Below are positions 1 to 12,700 of a stretch of 64,000 bases of DNA, in pieces. The DNA lies in the NCBI GenBank assembly GCA_964016885.1, contig OZ024744.1:13020001-13084000 (forward strand), given 5' to 3'. Within the stretch, counting starts at the first letter, position 1; every line of letters starts with the position of its first letter. The position numbers and the translations under genes are program-made. The notes under the pieces were generated by a model, which searched no databases, was not told the DNA's origin, and saw nothing but the letters and a program-made list of their open reading frames with translations. Source of the DNA: Eledone cirrhosa (lineage: Eukaryota).

Positions 1-1777
1 AAAGCTACTCTCTAAATTGAGAGATCACAACTCCCATACTATGGCCATGTGTTTAGAATGTCTCAGATGAACAGTGTCACTCCAGTTAAAACCACTCTCT
101 AAATTGAGAGTTCACAACTCCAATACTATGGACATGGGGTTTGAATGTCTCCGTAGACCAGAGTGTCACTCCAGTTAAAGCTACTCTCGAAAATGAGAGA
201 TCACAACTTCCATACTATGGAAATGTGGTTAGAATGTCTGAGTATATCAGAGAGTCACTCCAGTTAAAGCTACTCTCTAAATTGAGAGATCACAACTCCA
301 ATACTATGGACATGGGGTTTGAATGTCTCAGTAGACCAGAGAGTCACTCCAGATAAAGCTACTCTCTAAATTGAGAGATCCCAACTCCCATACTATGGAC
401 ATGTGGTTAGAATGTCTCAGTAGATCAGAGAGTCACTCCAGTTAAAGCCACTCTCTAAATTGAGAGATCACAACTCCAATACTATGGACATGTGGTTAGA
501 ATGTCTCAGTAGATCAGAGAGTCACTCCAGTTAAAGCCACTCTCTAAATTGAGAGATCACAACTCACATACTATGGACATGTGGTTAGAATTTCTTAGTA
601 GATCAGAGTGTCACTCCAGTTAAAGCCACTCTCTAAACTGAGAGATCACAACTTCCATACTATGGACATGTGGTTAGAATGTTTCAGTAGATCAGAGAGC
701 CACTCCGGTTAAAGCCACTCTCTAAATTGAGAGATCACAACTCCAATATTATGGTCATGTCGTTAGAATGTCTCAGTAGATCAGAGAGTCACTCCAGTTA
801 AAGCCACTCTCTAAATTGAAAGATCACAACTCCAATACTATAGACATGGTGTTTGAATCTCTCAGTAGATCAGAGTGTCACTCCAGTTAAAGCTACTCTC
901 TAAATTGAGAGATCACAACTCCAATACTATGAACATGGGGTTTGAATGTCTCAGTAGATCAGAGAGTCACTCCAGTTAAAGCTACTCTATAAATTGAGAG
1001 ATCACAACTCCAATACTATGGACATGGGGTTTGAAAGACTCAGTAGATCAGAGTGTCACTCCAGTTAAAGCTACTCTCTAAATTGAGAGATTACAACTCC
1101 AATACTATGGACATGGGGTTTGAATGTCTCAATAGATCAGAGAGTCACTCCAGTTAAAGCTACTCTCTAAATTGAGGGATCACAACTCCCATACTATGGA
1201 CATGTGGTTAGAATTTCTCAGTAGATCAGAGAGTCACTCCAGTTAAAGCTACTCTCTAAATTGAGAGAAGACAACTCCAATACTATGGACATGGGTTTGA
1301 ATGTCTCAGTAGACCAGAGTGTCACTCCAGTTAAAGCTACTCTCTAAAATGAGAGATCACAACTCCCATACTATGGACATCTGGTTATAATGTCTCAGTG
1401 GATCAGAGAGTCACTCCAGTTGAAGCTACTCTCTAAATTGAGAGATCAGAACTCCCATACTATGGACATGGGGTTTGAATGTCTCAGTAGGTCAGAGAGT
1501 CACTCCAGTTAAAGCTACTCTCTAAATTGAGAGATCACAACTCCAATACTATGGACATGGGGTATGAATGTCTCAGTAGATCGGAGTGTCACTCCAGTTA
1601 AAGCTACTCTCTAAATTGAGAGATCACAACTCCAATACTATGGACATGGGGTTTGAATGTCTCAATAGATCAGAGAGTCACTCCAGTTAAAGCTACTCTC
1701 TAAATTGAGAGATCACAACACCATTACTATGGACATGTGGTTAGAATGTCTCAGTAGATTAGAGTGTCCCTCCAGTT

Positions 1778-1866
1778 AAAGCTACTCTCTAAATTGAGAG
1801 ATCACAACTCCCATACTATGGACATGTGGTTAGAATGTCTCAGTAGATCAGAGAGTCACTCCAGTT
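1778..1866 (+). repeat. Consensus-identical 89-bp monomer (reference unit)
   Basis: Read directly from the sequence. Common biallelic positions in monomer numbering: 6 T/C, 35 C/A, 50 T/G, 55 A/T, 77 A/T. Confidence 0.95.
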
Positions 1867-2249
1867 AAAGCCACTCTCTAAATTGAGAGATCACAACTCC
1901 AATACTATGGACATGTGGTTAGAATGTCTCAGTAGATCAGAGAGTCACTCCAGGTAAAGCTACTCTCTAAATTGAGAGATCACAACTCCCATACTATGTC
2001 CATGTGTTTAGAATGTCTCAGATGATCAGAGTGTCACTCCAGTTAAAACCACTCTCTAAATTGAAAGATCACAACTCCAATACTATGGACATGGTGTTTG
2101 AATCTCTCAGTAGATCAGAGTGTCACTCCAGTTAAAGCTACTCTCTAAATTGAGAGATCACAACTCCAATACTATGAACATGGGGTTTGAATGTCTCAGT
2201 AGATCAGAGAGTCACTCCAGTTGAAGCTACTCTATAAATTGAGAGATCA

Positions 2250-5200
2250 CAACTCCAATACTATGGACATGGGGTATGAATGTCCCAGTAGATCGGAGTG
2301 TTACTCCAGTTAAAGCTACTCTCTAAATTGAGAGATCACAACTCCAATACTATGGACATGGGGTTTGAATGTCTCAGTAGACCAGAGTGTCACTCCAGTT
2401 AAATCTACTCTCTAAAATGAGAGATCACAACTCCCATACTATGGACATCTGGTTAGAATGTCTCAGTCGATCAGAGAGTCACTCCAGTTAAAGCCACTCA
2501 CTAAATTGAGAGATCACAACTCCAATACTATGGACATGTGGTTAGAATGTCTCAGTAGATCAGAGAGTCACTCCAGTTAAAGCTACTCTCTAAATTGAGA
2601 GATGACAACTCCAATACTATGGACATGGGGTTTGAACGTCTCAGTAGATCAGTGTGTCACTCCAGTTAAAGCTACTCTCTAAATTGAGAGATCACAACTC
2701 CAATACTATGGACATGGGGTTTGAATGTCTCCGTAGACCAGAGTGTCACTCCAGTTAAAGCTACTCTCGAAAATGAGAGATCACAACTTCCATATTATGG
2801 AAATGTGGTTAGAATGTCTGAGTATACCAGAGAGTCACTCCAGTTAAAGCGAGTCTCTAAATTGAGAGATCACAACTTCCATACTATGGACATGTGGTTA
2901 GAATGTCTCAGTAGATCAGAGTGTCACTCAGTTAAAGCTACTCTCTAAATTCAGAGATCACAATTCCAATACTATGGACATGGGGTATGAATGTCTCAGT
3001 AGACCAGAGAGTCACTCCAGTTAAAGCTACTCTCTAAACTAAGAGATCACAACTCTAATACTATGGACATGGGGTTTGAAAGTCTCTGTAGATCAGAGTG
3101 TCACTCCAGTTAAAGCTACTCTCTAAATTGAGAGATTACAACTCCAATACTATGGACATGGGGTTTTAATGTCTCAGTAGATCAGAGAGTCACTCCAGTT
3201 AAAGCTACTCTCTAAATTGAGAGATCACAACTCCAATACTATGGACATGGTGTTAGAATGTCTCAGTAGATTAGAGTGTCAATCCAGTTAAATCTACTCG
3301 CTAAATTGAGAGATCACAACTCCCATACTATGGACATGTGGTTAGTATGTCTCAGTAGATCAGAGTGTCACTCCAGTTAAAGCCACTCTCTAAATAGAGA
3401 GATCACAACTTCCATACTAAGGACATGTGGTTAGAATGTTTCAGTAGATCAGAGAGTCACTCCGGTTAAAACCACTCTCTAAATTGAGAGATCACAACAC
3501 CCATATTATGAACATGGGGTTAGAATGTCTCAGATGATCAGAGTGTCACTCCAGTTAAAGCCACTCTCTAAATTGAGAGATCACAACTCCCATAATATGG
3601 ACATGTGGTTAGAATGTCTCAGTAGATCAGAGAGTCACTCCAGTTAAAACCACTCTCTAAATTGAGAGATCACAACTCCAATACTATGGACATGGGGTTA
3701 GAATGTCTCAGTAGATCAGAGTGTCACTCCAGTTAAAGCGAGTCTCTAAATTGAGAGATCACAACTTCCATACTATGGACATGTGGTTAGAATGTCTCAG
3801 TATATCAGAGAGTCACTCCAGTTAAAGCTACTCTCTAAATTGAGAGATCACAACTCCCATACTATGGACATGTGGTTAGAATTTCTCAGTAGATTGGAGT
3901 GTCACTCCAGTTAAAGCTACTCTCTAAATTGAGAGATCACAACTCCCATACTATGGACATGTGGGTAGAATGTCTCAGTAGATTAGAGAGTCACTCCAGT
4001 TAAAGCCACTCTCTAAATTGAGAGATCACATCTCCAATACTATGGACATGTGGTTAGAATGTCTCAGTAGATCAGAGAGTCACTCCAGTTAAAGCTACTC
4101 TCTAAATTGAGAGATCACAACTCCCATACTATGGCCATGTGTTTAGAATGTCTCAGATGATCAGAGTGTCACTCCAGTTAAAACCACTCTCTAAATTGAA
4201 AGATCACAACTCCAATACTATTGACATGGGGTTTGAATGTCTCAGTAGATCAGAGAATAATTCCAGTTAAAGCCACTCTCTAAATTGAAAGATCACAACT
4301 CCAATACTATGGACATGGTGTTTGAATCTCTCAGTAGATCAGAGTGTCACTCCAGTTAAAGCTACTCTCTAAATTGAGATATCACAACTCCAATACTATG
4401 AACATGGGGTTTGAATGTCTCAGTAGATCAGAGAGTCACTCCAGTTAAAGATACTCTATAAATTGAAAGATCACAACTCCAATACTATGGACATGGGGTA
4501 TGAATGTCTCAGTAGATCGGAGTGTCACTCCAGTTAAAGCTACTCTCTAAATTGAGAGATCACAACTCCAATACTATGGACATGGGGTATGAATGTCCCA
4601 GTAGATCGGAGTGTTACTCCAGTTAAAGCTACTCTCTAAATTGAGAGATCACAACTCCAATACTATGGACATGGGGTTTGAATGTCTCAGTAGACCAGAG
4701 TGTCACTCCAGTTAAATCTACTCTCTAAAATGAGAGATCACAACTCCCATACTATGGACATCTGGTTAGAATGTCTCAGTAGATCAGAGAGTCACTCCAG
4801 TTAAAGCCACTCTCTAAATTGAGAGATCACAACTCCAATACTATGGACATGTGGTTAGAATGTCTCAGTAGATCAGAGAGTCACTCCAGTTAAAGCTACT
4901 CTCTAAATTGAGAGACGACAACTCCAATACTATGGACATGGGGTTTGAACGTCTCAGTAGATCAGTGTGTGACTCCAGTTAAAGCTACTCTCTAAATTGA
5001 GAGATCACAACTCCAATACTATGGACATGGGGTTTGAATGTCTCCGTAGACCAGAGTGTCACTCCAGTTAAAGCTACTCTCGAAAATGAGAGATCACAAC
5101 TTCCATATTATGGAAATGTGGTTAGAATGTCTGAGTAGATCAGAGATTCACTCCAGGTAAAGCCACTCTCTAAATTGAGAGATCACAACTTCCATACTAT

Positions 5201-6850
5201 GGACATGTGGTTAGAATGTCTCAGTATATCAGAGAGTCAGTCCAGTTAAAGCTAATCTCTAAATTGAGAGATCACAACTCGCATACTATGGACATGGGGT
5301 TTGAATGTCTCAGTAGATCAGAGTGTCACTCAGTTAAAGCTACTCTCTAAATTCAGAGATCACAATTCCAATACTATGGACATGGGGTTTGAATGTCTCA
5401 GTAGACCAGAGAGTCACTCCAGTTAAAGCTACTCTCTAAACTAAGAGATCACAACTCTAATACTATGGACATGGGGTTTGAAAGTCTCTGTAGATCAGAG
5501 TGTCACTCCAGTTAAAGCTACTCTCTAAATTGAGAGATTACAACTCCAATACTATGGACATGGGGTTTTAATGTCTCAGTAGATCAGAGAGTCACTCCAG
5601 TTAAAGCTACTCTCTAAATTGAGAGATCACAACTCCAATACTATGGACATGGTGTTAGAATGTCTCAGTAGATTAGAGTGTCAATCCAGTTAAATCTACT
5701 CGCTAAATTGAGAGATCACAACTCCCATACTATGTACATGTGGTTAGTATGTCTCAGTAGATCAGAGTGTCACTCCAGTTAAAGCCACTCTCTAAATAGA
5801 GAGATCACAACTTCCATACTAAGGACATGTGGTTAGAATGTTTCAGTAGATCAGAGAGTCACTCCGGTTAAAGCCACTCTCTAAATTGAGAGATCACAAC
5901 ACCCATATTATGAACATGGGGTTAGAATGTCTCAGATGATCAGAGTGTCACTCCAGTTAAAGCCACTCTCTAAATTGAGAGATCACAACTCCCATACTAT
6001 GGACATGTGGTTAGAATGTCTCAGTAGATCAGAGAGTCACTCCAGTTAAAGCGAGTCTCTAAATTGAGAGATCACAACTTCCATACTATGGACATGTGGT
6101 TAGAATGTCTCAGTATATCAGAGAGTCACTCCAGTTAAAGCTACTCTCTAAATTGAGAGATCACAACTCCCATACTATGGACATGTGGTTAGAATTTCTC
6201 AGTAGATTGGAGTGTCACTCCAGTTAAAGCTACTCTCTAAATTGAGAGATCACAACTCCCATACTATGGACATGTGGGTAGAATGTCTCAGTAGATTAGA
6301 GAGTCACTCCAGTTAAAGCCACTCTCTAAATTGAGAGATCACATCTCCAATACTATGGACATGTGGTTAGAATGTCTCAGTAGATCAGAGAGTCACTCCA
6401 GTTAAAGCTACTCTCTAAATTGAGAGATCACAACTCCCATACTATGGCCATGTGTTTAGAATGTCTCAGATGATCAGAGTGTCACTCCAGTTAAAACCAC
6501 TCTCTAAATTGAAAGATCACAACTCCAATACTATTGACATGGGGTTTGAATGTCTCAGTAGATCAGAGAATAACTCCAGTTAAAGCCACTCTCTAAATTG
6601 AAAGATCACAACTCCAATACTATGGACATGGTGTTTGAATCTCTCAGTAGATCAGAGTGTCACTCCAGTTAAAGCTACTCTCTAAATTGAGATATCACAA
6701 CTCCAATACTATGAACATGGGGTTTGAATGTCTCAGTAGATCAGAGAGTCACTCCAGTTAAAGATACTCTATAAATTGAGAGATCACAACTCCAATACTA
6801 TGGACATGGGGTATGAATGTCTCAGTAGATCGGAGTGTCACTCCAGTTAA
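2250..6850 (+). repeat. Tandem duplication of a ~2.3-kb (26-27 monomer) block
   Basis: Shared rare variants: TGTCCC 2281/4594, GCGAGTCTC 3738/6051, CAGAGAATAA 4251/6564 (offset 2313 = 26x89-1); 1-bp deletion GTGTCACTCAG 2921/5323 (offset 2402 = 27x89-1). Confidence 0.88.
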
Positions 6851-9800
6851 AGCTACTCTCTAAATTGAGAGATCACAACTCCAATACTATGGACATGGTG
6901 TTTGAATGTCTCAGTAGACCAGAGTGTCACTCCAGTTAAAGCTACTCTCTAAAATGAGAGATCACAACTTCCATACTATGGACATCTGGTTAGAATGTCT
7001 CAGTAGATCAGAGAGTCACTCCAGTTGAAGCTACTCTCTAAATTGAGAGATCAGAACTCCCATACTATGGACATGGGGTTTGAATGTCTAAGTAGGTCAG
7101 AGCGTCACTCCAGTTAAAGCTACTCTCTAAATTGAGAGATCACAACTCCAATACTATGGACATGGTATATGAATGTCTCAGTAGATCGGAGTGTAACTCC
7201 TGTTAAAGCTACTCTCTAAATTGAGAGATCACAACTCCAATACTATGGACATGGGGTTTGAATGTCTCAGTAGATCAGAGAGTCACTCCAGTTAAAGCTA
7301 CTCTCTAAATTGAGAGATCACAACTCCCATACAATGGACATGGGGTTTGAATGTCTCAGTAGATCAGAGAGTCACCCCAGTTAAAGCTACTCTCTAAATT
7401 GAGAGATCACAACTCCAATACTATGGACATGGGGTTTGAATGTCTCAGTAGATCAGAGTGTCACTCCAGTTAAAGCTACTCTCTAAATTGAAAGATCACA
7501 ACTCCAATACTATGGACATGTGGTTAGAATTTCTCAGTAGATTAGAGTGTCACTCCAGTTAAAGCTACTCTCTAAATTGAGAGATCACAACTCCCATACT
7601 ATGGACATGTGGGTAGAATGTCTCAGTAGATCAGAGAGTCACTCCAATTAAAGCCACTCTCTAAATTGAGAGATCACAACTCCAATACTATGGACAAGTG
7701 GTTAGAATGTCGCAGTAGATCAGAGAGTCACTCCAGTTGAAGCTACTCTCTAAATTTAGAGATCACAACTTCTATACTATGGACATGGGGTTTGAATGTC
7801 TCAGTAGATCAGAGTGTCACTCCAGTTAAAGCTACTCTCTAAATTGAGAGATCACAACACCCATACTATGGACATGGGGTTTGAATGTCTCAGTAGATCA
7901 GAGAGTCACCCCAGTTAAAGCTACTCTCTAAATTGAGAGATCACAACTCCCATACTATGGACATGTGGTTAGAACGTCTCAGTAGATCAGCGAGTCACTC
8001 CAGTTAAAGCTACTCTCTAAATTGAGAGATCACAACTCCCATACTATGGACATGTGTTTAGAATGTCTCAGATGATCAGAGTGTCACTCCAGTTAAAACC
8101 ACTCTCTGAATTGAGAGATCACAACTCCAATACTATGGTCATGTGGTTAGAATGTCTCAGTAGATCAGAGAGTCACTCCAGTTAAAGCCACTCTCTAAAT
8201 TGAGAGATCACAACTCCAATACTATGGACATGTGGTTAGAATGTCTCAGTAGATCAGAGTGTCACTCCAGTTGAAGCCACTCTCTAAATTGAGAGATCAC
8301 AACTCCAATACTATGGACATGGGGTTTGAATGTCTCAGTAGATCAGAGAGTCACTCCAGTTAAAGCCACTCTTTAAATTGAAAGATAACAACTCCAATAC
8401 TATGGACATGGTGTTTGAATCTCTCAGTAGATCAGAGTGTCACTCCAGTTAAAGCTACTCTCTAAATTAAGATATCACAACTCCAATACTATGAACATGG
8501 GGTTTGAATGTCTCAGTAGATCAGAGAGTCACTCCAGTTAAAGCTACTCTATAAATTGAGAGATCACAACTCCAATACTATGGACATGGGGTATGAATGT
8601 CTCAGTAGATCGGAGTGTCACTCCAGTTAAAGCTACTCTCTAAGTTGAGAGATCACAACTCCAATACTATGGACATGGGGTTTGAATGTCTCAGTAGATT
8701 AGAGAGTCACTCCAGTTAAAGCTACTCTCTAAATTGAGAGATCACAACTCCCATACTATGGACATGTGTTTAGAATGTCTCAGATGATCAGAGTGTCACT
8801 CCAGTTAAAACCACTCTCTGAATTGAGAGATCACAACTCCAATACTATGGTCATGGGGTTAGAATGTCTCAGTAGATCAGAGAGTCACTCCAGTTAAAGC
8901 CACTCTCTAAATTGAGAGATCACAACTCCAATACTATGGACATGTGGTTAGAATGTCTCAGTAGATCAGACAGTCACTCCAGTTAAAGCCACTCTCTAAA
9001 TAGAGAGATCACAACTCCAATACTATGGACATGTGGTTAGAATGTCTCAGTAGATCAGAGTGTCACTCCAGTTAAAGCCACCCTCTAAATTGAGAGATCA
9101 CAACTTCCATACTATGGACATGTGGTTAGAATGTTTCAGTAGATCAGAGAGTCACTCCGGTTAAAGCCACTCTCTAAATTGAGAGATCACAACTCCCATA
9201 CTATGGACATGTGGGTAGAATGTCTCAGTAGATCAGAGAGTCACTCCAGTTAAAGCCACTCTCTAAATTGAGAGATCACAACTCCAATACTATGGACATG
9301 TGGTTAGAATGTCTCAGTAGATCAGAGAGTCACTCCAGTTAAAGCTACTCTCTAAATTGAGAGATCACAACTCCCATACTATGGCCATGTGTTTAGAATG
9401 TCTCAGATGATCAGAGTGTCACTCCAGTTAAAACCACTCTCTAAATTGAAAGATCACACCTCCAATACTATGGACATGGGGTTTGAATGTCTCAGTAGAT
9501 CAGAGAGTAACTCCAGTTAAAGCCACTCTCTAAATTGAAAGATCACAACTCCAATACTATGGACATGGTGTTTGAATCTCTCAGTAGATCAGAGTGTCAC
9601 TCCAGTTAAAGCTACTCTCTAAATTGAGATATCACAACTCCAATACTATGAACATGGGGTTTGAATGTCTCAGTAGATCAGATAGTCACTCCAGTTAAAG
9701 CTACTCTATAAATTGAGAGATCACAACTCCAATACTATGGACATGGTGTATGAATGTCTCAGTAGATCGGAGTGTCACTCCAGTTAAAGCTACTCTCTAA

Positions 9801-12700
9801 ATTGAGAGATCACAACTCCAATACTATGGACATGGGGTTTGAATGTCTCAGTAGACCAGAGTGTCACTCCAGTTAAAGCTACTCTCTAAAATGAGAGATC
9901 ACAACTCCCATACTATGGACATCTGGTTAGAATGTCTCAGTAGATCAGAGAGTCACTCCAGTTGAAGCTACTCTCTAAATTGAGAGATCAGAACTCCCAT
10001 ACTATGGACATGGGGTTTGAATGTCTCAGTAGGTCAGAGAGTCACTCCAGTTAAAGCTACTCTCTAAATTGAAAGATCACAACTCCAATACTATTGACAT
10101 GGGGTTTGAATGTCTCAGTAGATCAGAGAATAACTCCAGTTAAAGCCACTCTCTAAATTGAAAGATCACAACTCCAATACTATGGACATGGTGTTTGAAT
10201 CTCTCAGTAGATCAGAGTGTCACTCCAGTTAAAGCTACTCTCTAAATTGAGATATCACAACTCCAATACTATGAACATGGGGTTTGAATGTCTCAGTAGA
10301 TCAGAGAGTCACTCCAGTTAAAGATACTCTATAAATTGAGAGATCACAACTCCAATACTATGGACATGGGGTATGAATGTCTCAGTAGATCGGAGTGTCA
10401 CTCCAGTTAAAGCTACTCTCTAAATTGAGAGATCACAACTCCAATACTATGGACATGGTGTTTGAATGTCTCAGTAGACCAGAGTGTCACTCCAGTTAAA
10501 GCTACTCTCTAAAATGAGAGATCACAACTCCCATACTATGGACATCTGGTTAGAATGTCTCAGTAGATCAGAGAGTCACTCCAGTTGAAGCTACTCTCTA
10601 AATTGAGAGATCAGAACTCCCATACTATGGACATGGGGTTTGAATGTCTCAGTAGGTCAGAGCGTCACTCCAGTTAAAGCTACTCTCTAAATTGAGAGAT
10701 CACAACTCCAATACTATGGACATGGTATATGAATGTCTCAGTAGATCGGAGTGTCACTCCTGTTAAAGCTACTCTCTAAATTGAGAGATCACAACTCCAA
10801 TACTATGGACATGGGGTTTGAATGTCTCAGTAGATCAGAGTGTCACTCCAGTTAAAGCTACTCTCTAAATTGAAAGATCACAACTCCAATACTATGGACA
10901 TGTGGTTAGAATTTCTCAGTAGATTAGAGTGTCACTCCAGTTAAAGCTACTCTCTAAATTGAGAGATCACAACTACCATACTATGGACATGTGGGTAGAA
11001 TGTCTCAGTAGATCAGAGAGTCACTCCAATTAAAGCCACTCTCTAAATTGAGAGATCACAACTCCCATACAATGGACATGGGGTTTGAATGTCTCAGTAG
11101 ATCAGAGAGTCACCCCAGTTAAAGCTACTCTCTAAATTGAGAGATCACAACTCCAATACTATGGACATGGGGTTTGAATGTCTCAGTAGATCAGAGTGTC
11201 ACTCCAGTTAAAGCTACTCTCTAAATTGAAAGATCACAACTCCAATACTATGGACATGTGGTTAGAATTTCTCAGTAGATTAGAGTGTCACTCCAGTTAA
11301 AGCTACTCTCTAAATTGAGAGATCACAACTACCATACTATGGACATGTGGGTAGAATGTCTCAGTAGATCAGAGAGTCACTCCAATTAAAGCCACTCTCT
11401 AAATTGAGAGATCACAACTCCAATACTATGGACAAGTGGTTAGAATGTCGCAGTAGATCAGAGAGTCACTCCAGTTGAAGCTACTCTCTAAATTTAGAGA
11501 TCACAACTTCTATACTATGGACATGGGGTTTGAATGTCTCAGTAGATCAGAGTGTCACTCCAGTTAAAGCTACTCTCTAAATTGAGAGATCACAACACCC
11601 ATACTATGGACATGGGCTTTGAATGTCTCAGTAGATCAGAGAGTCACCCCAGTTAAAGCTACTCTCTAAATTGAGAGATCACAACTCCCATACTATGGAC
11701 ATGTGGTTAGAATGTCTCAGTAGATCAGCGAGTCACTCCAGTTAAAGCTACTCTCTAAATTGAGAGATCACAACTCCCATACTATGGACATGTGTTTAGA
11801 ATGTCTCAGATGATCAGAGTGTCACTCCAGTTAAAACCACTCTCTGAATTGAGAGATCACAACTCCAATACTATGGTCATGTGGTTAGAATGTCTCAGTA
11901 GATCAGAGAGTCACTCCAGTTAAAGCCACTCTCTAAATTGAGAGATCACAACTCCAATACTATGGACATGTGGTTAGAATGTCTCAGTAGATCAGAGTGT
12001 CACTCCAGTTGAAGCCACTCTCTAAATTGAGAGATCACAACTCCAATACTATGGACATGGGGTTTGAATGTCTCAGTAGATCAGAGAGTCACTCCAGTTA
12101 AAGCCACTCTTTAAATTGAAAGATAACAACTCCAATACTATGGACATGGTGTTTGAATCTCTCAGTAGATCAGAGTGTCACTCCAGTTAAAGCTACTCTC
12201 TAAATTAAGATATCACAACTCCAATACTATGAACATGGGGTTTGAATGTCTCAGTAGATCAGAGAGTCACTCCAGTTAAAGCTACTCTATAAATTGAGAG
12301 ATCACAACTCCAATACTATGGACATGGGGTATGAATGTCTCAGTAGATCGGAGTGTCACTCCAGTTAAAGCTACTCTCTAAATTGAGAGATCACAACTCC
12401 AATACTATGGACATGGGGTTTGAATGTCTCAGTAGATCAGAGAGTCACTCCAGTTAAAGCTACTCTCTAAATTGAGAGATCACAACTCCCATACTATGGA
12501 CATGTGTTTAGAATGTCTCAGATGATCAGAGTGTCACTCCAGTTAAAACCACTCTCTGAATTGAGAGATCACAACTCCAATACTATGGTCATGGGGTTAG
12601 AATGTCTCAGTAGATCAGAGAGTCACTCCAGTTAAAGCCACTCTCTAAATTGAGAGATCACAACTCCAATACTATGGACATGTGGTTAGAATGTCTCAGT
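6480..12700 (+). repeat. Duplicated ~2.5-kb block at a 40-42 monomer offset (about 6480-8950 vs 10060-12700)
   Basis: CAGAGAATAA 6564/10124 (3560 = 40x89); CGCAG 7711/11449 (3738 = 42x89); AGAGCGTC, CCTGTT, CAATGG and TTAAGATATC variants are also shared. Confidence 0.82.

Noticed and set aside
141-356. 71-aa ORF
   Set aside because: It is a translation of about 2.4 satellite monomers in which point variants removed stop codons. It starts at TTG and shows no recognisable domain or gene context.
1826-1835. Telomere-like motif (GGTTAG / GGGGTTT)
   Set aside because: It is a single degenerate hexamer per monomer and is never tandem.
1851-1861. AP-1-like site (GAGTCA) or a CENP-B box
   Set aside because: The sequence is AGAGTCA rather than TGAGTCA, and the CpG-containing CENP-B core (TTCG....A..CGGG) is absent.
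2721-2948. 75-aa ORF similar to the first
   Set aside because: It is the same variant monomer block 2580 bp (29x89-1) downstream, so the similarity reflects repeat duplication and not coding conservation.
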